A stretch of DNA of 64,000 nucleotides. Source: a virus. Its lineage: Duplodnaviria > Caudoviricetes. Below, piece by piece: positions 56,147 to 64,000 of the stretch. The DNA is taken from positions 9,930 to 73,929 of the IMG/VR virus record IMGVR_UViG_3300020050_007300; one strand, written 5' to 3'. Position numbers and translations under genes: made by a program. The stretch's first letter is position 1. Every line of letters starts with the position of its first letter. A model generated the notes under the pieces. That model was given only the letters and a program-made list of their open reading frames with translations, had not been told where the DNA came from and ran no database searches.

Positions 56147-57032
56147 ACCAATGCGTAGTTGCGCTCCCAGCGGAAAGTACCCCATCAGGTTCCCAAAACT
56201 TATCAGCCGGAAACTAGATGGTATTCGGTGTGCCATTGATGAAGGGAAGGCCATCACCAAGAGTGGTAAGTCTATTCCGAATAAGTCTATCCGTGAATGG
56301 CTGGAAGCTAACGTGCCTGACGGGCTTGACGGCGAGCTACTCGTAGGCAACCCTGCCGACGAAGGTGTCTATGGTCGCACGTTCAGCGCAGTCATGAGTC
56401 ACGCAGGGGAACCAGAGTTCAGCTTTCATGTGTTCGATCTTGCGAATGAGCCGGGCCTTGATGCGACTGAGAGATTGTCTGCTTTAGCTGTCATGGTGAA
56501 TAACCTACACCTAAAGCAGGTGGTGCTGGTTGACCAGTATCTTTGCCACAGCCAAGCCGATGTAGACCGTTCCTACGCGCAGTTTATCGAGGAAGGTTAC
56601 GAGGGAGCAATCCTGAAAGACCCTGCAGGCCCTTACATTGAAGGACGTAGCACCCCTAAGAACCAAATTCAATTGAAACTGAAGCCGGAAAGCGATTGGG
56701 AAGCTCGCATTATCTCGGTCTACGAAGCTGAGACCAACAACAACGAAGCCTACACCAACGAAGTTGGAGAGACCAAGCGTTCGACCCACGCTGAAAATAA
56801 GGTTGGTAACGGCATGTGCGGTGGCTTTATAGCCACAGACCTGACCACAGGCCTGCAGATCAGGGTCGCAGCAGGTCGTTTGACACATGCAGAACGCACA
56901 GAAATCTGGAACAACCAAGCCTCGTATGTAGGTAAGCTAGCCAAGTATCGGTCAATGTCCTATGGGACCATGACAAACGGACAACCTCGCCACGGTCGAT
57001 GGATTGGTTGGCGGGCTGAGGAGGACATGTGA
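56139..57032 (+). CDS. lig: ATP-dependent DNA ligase
   Basis: KLDG motif I, LDGEL, FHVFD, EGAILK, LKLKP and a C-terminal OB fold. Confidence 0.93.
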   Translation: MLKPMRSCAPSGKYPIRFPKLISRKLDGIRCAIDEGKAITKSGKSIPNKSIREWLEANVPDGLDGELLVGNPADEGVYGRTFSAVMSHAGEPEFSFHVFDLANEPGLDATERLSALAVMVNNLHLKQVVLVDQYLCHSQADVDRSYAQFIEEGYEGAILKDPAGPYIEGRSTPKNQIQLKLKPESDWEARIISVYEAETNNNEAYTNEVGETKRSTHAENKVGNGMCGGFIATDLTTGLQIRVAAGRLTHAERTEIWNNQASYVGKLAKYRSMSYGTMTNGQPRHGRWIGWRAEEDM

Positions 57033-57548
57033 TGCCTACAGTTGTGGTTGTGCAAGGTGCGTTGTGGGCACGCTACCAAGGTAGACAGCGTCTGGAGGTT
57101 GCGCAGGCTGACGACGACCTGTTTGCAGACGCTAAAGCAAAAGCAGCAGAACTTGAGTTGTTCAGAAAGGAAGGTTTTAGTGCAGACAGTTCAGGAACTA
57201 ACGAACAAGCTTAGCAATTACTACTGGAGCCCGCAGCACCCGTCTACCTACGTCATTCCCACTTATGGAGGGGCCAAGGGTTTAGGGGCTGTGGCTCACT
57301 TAAATTTTGCTGCGTTTAACCTTACGTGGTCTGTGATGGGTGGCAAAATCTCTACCCAAGCAGATCACGTAGCCGCCATCACTTTTTTCAAGGACGCAAA
57401 CAGGTTTGTGCAAAGTGTGTACCTGCAAGGGGAGCCCATAGAGACATGGTTAACCCTGCTAACCCAGGAGCAGTTTCTGAGTCTGGTTGAGCAAAACCTT
57501 GCTGCTTGCTCCCTACCAGTGCAAGAGGTATTAAAGTTATGCAAATGA
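57029..57548 (+). CDS. Two small hypothetical ORFs (57029..57214, about 57180..57548)
   Basis: Coupled between ligase and helicase. Confidence 0.55.
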
Positions 57549-58954
57549 GCTACACCAGTTACAAAACTTTTGACGAAGCTACAGGTTTTTCAACTAAGGC
57601 GGGGTTCCAACTAACTGCAATGCAGTCTGAGGATGCGGAGACTTTTGCAGGTTGGCGCAGGTCACTCAACACATACGAAGTTGGTGGCGGCAAAACCGTG
57701 GTAGCAACTGTGGTGTCTTTGATGCTAGGCGGAGAAGTCACTATTGTGACTGTCCCGCCCATCCTGATACGACCTTGGGTGCGCTGGCTCAACAAAGTTT
57801 CGGACAATGTGGTCCAGTACCAGGGAAAGCCCACATACAGGCACGGGTTGGACCTGTCAAAAGCAAGGTGGGTGGTGTGCTCTCATGCGATCTTCCGAGA
57901 CGACTTCGGGCGACTTGACGCAGCGCTCAGGAGTAGGCACCCAGAAGTTATCGTAGACGAAGCCCACGCGATTAAAAACCCACAGTCGGTTCTGTTTAAG
58001 AAAGTGCAGAGCATGTCTGCAGGGAGCGATCTGCAGATGCTGACTGGTACACCCACGTCAAAACCTGCCGACGCTTACGCTTACATCAAGCTCAAGTCGC
58101 CCCAGCTCTACCGAAGCGTGGGTCATTTTGAGCGCCTGCACGTTGCTGAGAGGGACCACTTCGGCTCTGTCACGAAGTGGCAAAACCTTGATGTGCTGGC
58201 GGAAAACTTTTCTGTGCAGCGAATCAGCAGGACCAAGGAAGAGATTCACGGGTATAAGAACGAACCTCTCTACCCAGACTGCAGCTACCAGCTCTCTACA
58301 GCTCACAAAAAGCTGTACGAGCGGCTAGTAGAAGAGCAACTGTTACTGTTGGATGATGGCACAAAGATTGATGCGACCACCGCACAAAGGCTGTACCACA
58401 ATGTCCAGCAGATTATCTTGAACTATGACTACTTTTCCGGGGATGACACCAACAAGGCTGCAGGTTATGATTTACTGGACTCCGTCATAGATCAGACTAA
58501 CTGCGTCAAAGTTAGCAGCTCTAAATTGATTGTATGGACGCTGTACAGACGAAGCAGCAGGTCGGTGCTCAAGTATCTGACGGGCCTTGGCATTAAGGCG
58601 GTTGCTGCTTACTCGGAGGCAGACTCCCAGAAGTCCATAGACCTGTTCATGGATGACCCGGCTACGCGAATTCTTGTGGGCCAGTATCAGAGTTGCGGCG
58701 CAGGGCTGAACCCACAAGGCGTTTGCTGGGAGTCCCTGTTCCTTGAGACAGGGACAACTCCTCTGCTGTCTAAGCAGGCGTTAGGGCGGTTAGACAGAGT
58801 AGGGCAGACAAGGCGCCCTACACAAAGGTTCGGGGTGGCAGAAGATACCGTGCAGGTATCTCTGCTGGCAAGACTTTTGAGCAACGACGACTTAGTTACC
58901 ACCGTGGAAAGGACAAAGAAATCTTTGCGGGATATGCTACTTGGCGGGCTGTAG
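57539..58954 (+). CDS. SNF2-like superfamily 2 helicase
   Basis: VGGGKT, IVDEAH, LTGTP, CGAGLN and QALGRLDRVGQ motifs. Confidence 0.9.
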   Translation: MQMSYTSYKTFDEATGFSTKAGFQLTAMQSEDAETFAGWRRSLNTYEVGGGKTVVATVVSLMLGGEVTIVTVPPILIRPWVRWLNKVSDNVVQYQGKPTYRHGLDLSKARWVVCSHAIFRDDFGRLDAALRSRHPEVIVDEAHAIKNPQSVLFKKVQSMSAGSDLQMLTGTPTSKPADAYAYIKLKSPQLYRSVGHFERLHVAERDHFGSVTKWQNLDVLAENFSVQRISRTKEEIHGYKNEPLYPDCSYQLSTAHKKLYERLVEEQLLLLDDGTKIDATTAQRLYHNVQQIILNYDYFSGDDTNKAAGYDLLDSVIDQTNCVKVSSSKLIVWTLYRRSSRSVLKYLTGLGIKAVAAYSEADSQKSIDLFMDDPATRILVGQYQSCGAGLNPQGVCWESLFLETGTTPLLSKQALGRLDRVGQTRRPTQRFGVAEDTVQVSLLARLLSNDDLVTTVERTKKSLRDMLLGGL

Positions 58955-58972
58955 CGGTACAATCCCGGAACG

Positions 58973-59099
58973 CCGTGAAAAGCGTAATCGAATGGCTCAA
59001 AATTTTGTCAGCTCAGGCGGGCCGATTCCGAGCCGTTTTCTAACCGTCAGGTTCGAGCCATTCCGGCAATTTTCACCGGAGTCGGCCCACCTGAGCTGA
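58973..59099 (+). ncRNA. Structured intergenic element with a 23-bp stem and an interlocking second helix set
   Basis: 59008-59030 pairs with 59077-59099; 58990-58998 with 59055-59063; 58975-58981 with 59070-59076. Confidence 0.5.
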
Positions 59100-59109
59100 T
59101 GGAGTTTGT

Positions 59110-59739
59110 ATGGCAAGGGTAAAAGAAGCATTGGTAGGTGCTGTTTTTGGCAGGTTAACTGTGATGCACAGGTTTAGGCGTCCGGCTAGACCCAACGCAA
59201 TGTACGCACTGTGCGCCTGTGAGTGCGGCAAATTAAAAGAAATTGATGTTTGTAGTCTAGGAAAACTGACCAATTCCTGTGGTTGCATTCACAAAGAAGC
59301 TCTTGCGGAGTCGAGAACGACTCAAGGGATGGCAGGGACTCCCACATACAGGTCGTGGAAAGGTATGTGGCAGAGATGCACTAACCCAAAAGAGTCAGGC
59401 TACGCAGCCTATAAAGACAGGGTACCCCCGGAAGAGTGGAAAAGTTTTGAAGTTTTCCTGAGGGATATGGGAGAGTGTCCTACAGGGTTCACTATCGAGA
59501 GAGTTAATAATGCTCTGCCTTACGGGCCTGGCAACTGCATTTGGGCTAGTAGACACACCCAGAACAGAAATAGACGGTCAAACGTTAATATCTCTGTTGA
59601 CGGGCAAAAGATGTGCCTAACAGACGCAGTGACCCTGGCAGGTAAAGACTACCTCACGGTTAGAAACCGTATTAAAAACTTAGGCTGGTCTGTCGAAAAG
59701 GCTTTCGGCTCAGAAAATTACAAGGCATACATAGAATAA
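59110..59739 (+). CDS. HNH-type homing endonuclease-like protein
   Basis: GAVFGRLTV, CACECG, SCGC, TYRSWKGMWQRC, TIERVNN..Y.PGNCIWA...Q.RN; visibly more A-rich than its neighbours. Confidence 0.85.
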   Translation: MARVKEALVGAVFGRLTVMHRFRRPARPNAMYALCACECGKLKEIDVCSLGKLTNSCGCIHKEALAESRTTQGMAGTPTYRSWKGMWQRCTNPKESGYAAYKDRVPPEEWKSFEVFLRDMGECPTGFTIERVNNALPYGPGNCIWASRHTQNRNRRSNVNISVDGQKMCLTDAVTLAGKDYLTVRNRIKNLGWSVEKAFGSENYKAYIE

Positions 59740-62618
59740 TGTTTTTCTACTACCAACTAGCTGGGGGCGAAGAGAAGTGGAGTCCGATTCAGGAGAATCG
59801 AGCACACGAGTTTAAGACTATCCGCCCCACTTTCGTTACGGTGCTTGCGATTGACACATTGCTCGATGACCGCCCAACAAGAGAGGAGATAGAGAGGTGC
59901 AGGTACGTGGGCGATCTGTACTTTGACCTGGACGCCGAAGACATAGAAGACTCTATCTCCGGGGCACAGCAACTACACGCAAGACTTCTGAAGGAAGGTC
60001 TGCAACCTCAAGACATTCAGATTTTTCTGAGTGGCAAAAAAGGTTTGCATCTACTGGTGCCTATGGCCTGCTTCGTAGAAAAGCCGGCACCTCAAGTTCG
60101 GTTGCCTGCTATCTACAAAGAGCTGGCTTTACGTTACGCAGTGGACACACTTGACCACAAAGTGTACACAGCCCGCAAGGGTCGTATGCTGCGCACAGTG
60201 TTTAACGTGAGGGAAAACGGAAACTACAAGGTCCCTATCACAGCAGAAGAGCTAGCAGGCCTTACCGCAGAAAGCTACGCAAGCCTGTGTAAAACGCCCA
60301 GAGACTTTGGCGTCTTACCTCCGATCTTCCGGCCCACGTTCGCACTAGAGTACCTCTCAGCGAAGCAAAAAGCCCTGTCCGTTAAACAAAAAAAGTCGAA
60401 GCCGGTAGACTTAGCCGCCCTCCAGTCTCACGCCCCGACCGTGCAGCAGGTTATGAGGGGAGAAAACCTAGCGGACGTCGGTTTTAACAAGATTGCCATA
60501 CAGCTTGCGCTTTACGCTAGAGAAAGCAACATGAGCGAAGACGCCCTTGTTGCAGCCTGCGCAGGCTTGATTGCCAACCACCAGTCGGATGGTAGCCGGT
60601 ACAACTCAGAGGCAAGGCGCGAGGCAGAGCTTCGACGTATGTTCTTCTACGTTGAGGACAACTTCGCTTACGAGTACGCATTTGAGCCTATCAAAGCCCT
60701 GATCTACCGACCCACACAGACCACTGTTAACGAGGCAGGAGAAGTTGTTGACGTAGCAGCTTTCAATTGCGGCGTCACAGTCACGGATAACTGCTACACA
60801 GTAAGTAGAGGTGATGCTGGTGATATGGCTATCAGCAACTTTATCTTCACGGATATTAAGCAGCTGTTGCTCATAAAAGAGGCTACGATTACTGGCTTAG
60901 TGGCTAACCTAAAGGGACTTGACGGTGTGCTGAAAGCGGTGCCTCTGACTTTTTCAGGTTCCGCCAGTCTGAACGCGGCAGTGATGCCTTACGGAGGGTC
61001 TTTCACAGGGACAGACAACCATGCTAGAGGTCTGTATCAAATTATGCTAAAAGCTGTAAGTGAGTCGAAGTACCTGATTGACTCTGAGGGTATCAACTTA
61101 GTCACATTGGTGAAGCATCCGAACCCGGAGATGCAGAAACCGTTTGTTGTCTGGGCAGACGCCCAAGGTGTCAAGTGCCCCCGGTGGGTGACTGACCAGG
61201 GCATTGCCTTTGAGTTCCAGGGCTTTCCAAGCCCTGAAGGGGTGTTGGAGACGGACCTGACTTGTGCCCCCAGGCTGTCAGAGTTGCTGGAGAAGCCAGA
61301 AAACAAAGCTGAGATGACTATCATGTTGCAGGCTTTGCTTACGTGCCAATCCCCAGAAGTCCTGGGTAAGCTCATTGGGTGGATGGTGGCCTCTTTCTGG
61401 AGGCAGTTGTTGCATCATGCCCACAGCCAGTTCCCCCTGTTGCACGTCTACGGGACGGCAGGCTCAGGCAAGTCTTCGATGACAGAGGCCTTGTTGAGCT
61501 TGTTCTACTACAAGAAACGCCCAGTAGGCGTAACTCCTTCGGGAACCCCCTTTGCTTTCCAGGCACTTGTTGCAGGCAGTGCCAGTATCCCAGTGATGTT
61601 GGACGAATACAAGCCCGGAGCAATGAACAGGGAGATACTGGAGAAGTACAGGGCAATCCTGCGTGATGCCTACAACATGAAAACTGTTGCCCGAGGGGGC
61701 GGTAGCCGCACGAAAGACAGCTACGCAGCCCTGAGTCAGGTAACTTTGAGTGGCCCTATCATCTTTATGGCGGAAGCTGTAGAGACAGAGACTGCCATCA
61801 TGGAGCGGATGGTACTTGTTACCCTCAAGAGGCCTAGCCCACTTGTGTCTGCCAAAGCTTACGCTGTTTATGAGAGATTCCACTCACGTAGGGAGTTGCT
61901 CTCCAGCTTGGGCCTGACTCTGGCCGCGGGAGTGGCTAAGAACGCTACCACAGAGAACGTCAAGGAGGAGTTTGACAAGGTTTATGCTTGGGCTAGAGAC
62001 CGGCATATGCTACGGCCTACCGACGGAGAGTTAGTAGCTTCTGGTGAGATGGACGAGGTAGAGTACACCCGCAGGGCAAGTAACAAGTTGCGGAACGTGT
62101 ACAACAACTCCGTTGCTCTGTTTGGCTTGACAAAGTTCAAGCGGCTGCTCCGCTCTGTCTATGAAGAGGAGTTTGAAGGGTTGTTTGGCGACCTGTTTAG
62201 GAAGTTGGAGCCTGCAATCTTTAACGGACTTGACGTAATGGCCAAGAGTACGGTTCCTGAGTACATCAAGATTCTTACGTGTTTCTCCGATATGACTCGA
62301 CTGCCGGTAACTCATCCTTACCACCTGGAAGACGGGTTTGAGTACAATCTCTCAGACCTGGGGGGCAAGACAGTGTTGGTTCTGGTGCCTCGTGCCTCTT
62401 ACGTTAAGTATTCTCTTTACGTTAAACACCAGGGCCAGTCTCCTCTGTTCCCTAGCGAGGCAGCTTTTGCACAGGCTATGGTGGACGTACCCCAGTTTAT
62501 TCAGAGGTCTTCTGGCACACAGAAGATGGCTGTGGAGACTGTGGTGCTAGACCTGGAAGCCTTGTACAGAGCAGGGGTCCCGAAGTTCCTTGGCAAAATT
62601 CAGAAGTTAGCAATCTGA
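59739..62618 (+). CDS. Primase-helicase (AEP-type primase-polymerase fused to a P-loop helicase)
   Basis: DLYFDLD and SGKKGLH AEP motifs; YGTAGSGKSS Walker A; VMLDEYK Walker B. Confidence 0.85.
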   Translation: MFFYYQLAGGEEKWSPIQENRAHEFKTIRPTFVTVLAIDTLLDDRPTREEIERCRYVGDLYFDLDAEDIEDSISGAQQLHARLLKEGLQPQDIQIFLSGKKGLHLLVPMACFVEKPAPQVRLPAIYKELALRYAVDTLDHKVYTARKGRMLRTVFNVRENGNYKVPITAEELAGLTAESYASLCKTPRDFGVLPPIFRPTFALEYLSAKQKALSVKQKKSKPVDLAALQSHAPTVQQVMRGENLADVGFNKIAIQLALYARESNMSEDALVAACAGLIANHQSDGSRYNSEARREAELRRMFFYVEDNFAYEYAFEPIKALIYRPTQTTVNEAGEVVDVAAFNCGVTVTDNCYTVSRGDAGDMAISNFIFTDIKQLLLIKEATITGLVANLKGLDGVLKAVPLTFSGSASLNAAVMPYGGSFTGTDNHARGLYQIMLKAVSESKYLIDSEGINLVTLVKHPNPEMQKPFVVWADAQGVKCPRWVTDQGIAFEFQGFPSPEGVLETDLTCAPRLSELLEKPENKAEMTIMLQALLTCQSPEVLGKLIGWMVASFWRQLLHHAHSQFPLLHVYGTAGSGKSSMTEALLSLFYYKKRPVGVTPSGTPFAFQALVAGSASIPVMLDEYKPGAMNREILEKYRAILRDAYNMKTVARGGGSRTKDSYAALSQVTLSGPIIFMAEAVETETAIMERMVLVTLKRPSPLVSAKAYAVYERFHSRRELLSSLGLTLAAGVAKNATTENVKEEFDKVYAWARDRHMLRPTDGELVASGEMDEVEYTRRASNKLRNVYNNSVALFGLTKFKRLLRSVYEEEFEGLFGDLFRKLEPAIFNGLDVMAKSTVPEYIKILTCFSDMTRLPVTHPYHLEDGFEYNLSDLGGKTVLVLVPRASYVKYSLYVKHQGQSPLFPSEAAFAQAMVDVPQFIQRSSGTQKMAVETVVLDLEALYRAGVPKFLGKIQKLAI

Positions 62619-62698
62619 GAATTGTGCTAGAATTCAAATCCAACATACTGTTGGTTGACAGGCCGGAAAGAACGGTCGAATTAAATGGAAACTAGAAA

Positions 62699-63394
62699 AT
62701 GTCTTTGCTGAAAAATACCCCCGCTTTTGAAACTGAGTCCGAAGTAGCTGTGGATGCGGCTGTGGCCAGCACCACCACCCCTGCCCAGACCGCCGCTGTG
62801 GCCGTCAAGCCTGTGTTGGCTGTGGCTGCAGCGCCCAAACTGGACATGAAGGTGCTGGACAAACTGGAAGGTGCTCTGGAAGTTGAGTACAACACACTGG
62901 CTCAGATCATCACCACCAACGGCAACTTTGTGGACCGTGAGACCAAGGCAAACCTTGGCGACACCATCCTGTTTGAGCTGTTGTCTTACCAGAAGAGTTT
63001 TGTTATCACCCCCAACGATGACAAGGCCCCGAAGGAAGTCGTTCGCTACTCCAACGACAAAGTGACCTGCAGCGACGGCACGATGGTGGCGGAACACCTG
63101 CAATGGTTGAAAGAGAACGGCTACCCCAAAGCCTCGATCAAAGACCGTGTAGTTGTGGTTGCCGCACTGCAGGTGTGCGCTAAGAACGGTGACACGTACA
63201 ACGGTACGCTGGCACAGTTTGACCTCAGCCCAGCCTCGAAGACGCAGTTTGACCGGTACAAGGCCAATACAGCTTACTCGCTGGGTAAGGGTGCTATCAC
63301 TGCAGAGCAGGCTACGCAGGTCAAAGCGACTGCAGAGCTTGCCCAAAAGGGTACGGATACCTACACAGTGGCCAAGTTCGTAGTGGCTGCCTAA
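62699..63394 (+). CDS. Highly expressed replication-block protein, possibly SSB or annealing protein
   Basis: Biased codons, own TGc-TAGAAT promoter at 62625-62633 and own terminator; function inferred from position. Confidence 0.5.
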   Translation: MSLLKNTPAFETESEVAVDAAVASTTTPAQTAAVAVKPVLAVAAAPKLDMKVLDKLEGALEVEYNTLAQIITTNGNFVDRETKANLGDTILFELLSYQKSFVITPNDDKAPKEVVRYSNDKVTCSDGTMVAEHLQWLKENGYPKASIKDRVVVVAALQVCAKNGDTYNGTLAQFDLSPASKTQFDRYKANTAYSLGKGAITAEQATQVKATAELAQKGTDTYTVAKFVVAA

Positions 63395-63398
63395 ACCA

Positions 63399-63422
63399 AA
63401 AAGGGAACTTCGGTTCCCTTTT
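63399..63422 (+). terminator. Intrinsic terminator
   Basis: AAAAGGGAAC-ttcg-GTTCCCTTTT. Confidence 0.85.
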
Positions 63423-63435
63423 CTACAGGAAAAAT

Positions 63436-64000
63436 ATGGATACGATCAAAGTTACTCCCGAAGTTTCTCCAGAGATTGGTGACGAACCTATCTACATTCT
63501 AGACACCGAAACTGCGTCGTTGTCAGGGGGCATCGTCGAAATCGCATGGTTGAAGATTGACAAGGACTTCAACGTACTGGACGAATACCGAACACTTGTC
63601 AACCCCGGCAGGCCAATTGACCCTGGCGCTCAGGCTATTCACGGAATCAGCATGGACGACGTAGTGGATGCGCCTACCATGGAAGAGGTAGTAGAGCAGA
63701 CAGGCGTAGGCAAGACGCCTATTAACATCTGTTGCCACAACGCACCGTTTGACGCTAGGATGATTGCTCCCTACATGCAAGTAGGCAGGAAGTTGTGCAC
63801 ACTGGAACTTGCGCGGCAGTATGTGAAAGGCACAACAAACCACAAGTTGGCAACACTGCAGGAAGAACTTGCACTATCCGTGCAGGAGAGCCACACAGCA
63901 CTTGGGGATGTGAAGTCCGTTCGGGACTTGTTGCAACATATCCTACCTCTCGCAGAAGTGAACCTAGAGACCCTGTTTGCAAGAGCCATGGTGCCGAAGA
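63436..64000 (+). CDS. DEDDh 3'-5' exonuclease (DnaQ-like), truncated by the window edge
   Basis: My translation contains ILDTET, AIHGI, HNAPFD, LCTLELAR and HTALGDV; AGGA Shine-Dalgarno; not in the ORF track. Confidence 0.9.
   Translation, partial: MDTIKVTPEVSPEIGDEPIYILDTETASLSGGIVEIAWLKIDKDFNVLDEYRTLVNPGRPIDPGAQAIHGISMDDVVDAPTMEEVVEQTGVGKTPINICCHNAPFDARMIAPYMQVGRKLCTLELARQYVKGTTNHKLATLQEELALSVQESHTALGDVKSVRDLLQHILPLAEVNLETLFARAMVPK

Noticed and set aside
59049-59060. GGTTCGAGCC T-loop-like motif suggesting a tRNA, Y RNA or SRP RNA
   Set aside because: No flanking T-stem pairing, no acceptor stem or CCA, and no SRP GGAA motif.
32900-64000. Lysogeny module, DNA-modification cluster or anti-CRISPR/aca pair
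   Set aside because: No integrase, CI-like repressor, methyltransferase, deazaguanine or dZ pathway gene is recognisable. Small early ORFs could be Acr proteins but nothing in the sequence supports a specific call.

Overview
The window is a continuous stretch of a lytic-looking tailed dsDNA phage genome with a siphovirus-type long tail. No integrase or repressor is recognisable. It has two divergent arms. The minus-strand arm (about 31.4 kb down to 1) is the late module: HTH protein, TerS, TerL, portal, S49 protease/scaffold, decoration protein, major capsid, an inserted block of about 10 fibre-like or accessory virion genes, head-tail connectors, tail tube, a frameshifted chaperone pair, tape measure, tail tip, tail fibre and a GH19 endolysin lysis cassette. 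The plus-strand arm (about 32.9 kb to 64 kb) holds about 60 small early/middle ORFs (Bro-N, a histone-H1-like protein, an M28 peptidase with its usual partner, a Tad2/DUF2829-like protein), five tRNA or tRNA-like genes, and a replication block (ATP-dependent ligase, SNF2-like helicase, HNH endonuclease, AEP primase-helicase, DEDDh exonuclease). The most unusual signals are non-coding: (i) 14 copies of GTATAC at the divergence point, partly phased at 30-33 bp; (ii) an adjacent ORF-free region of about 770 nt with many hairpins and nested long-range helices, a candidate large structured ncRNA; (iii) two otherwise canonical tRNA genes whose anticodon loops are enlarged to 27 and 12 nt; (iv) several long-stem or alternative-fold RNA elements and inverted repeats overlapping sigma70-like -10 boxes. 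All family assignments come from recalled motifs and gene order, not database searches. All base-pairings were checked by eye, not folded computationally.
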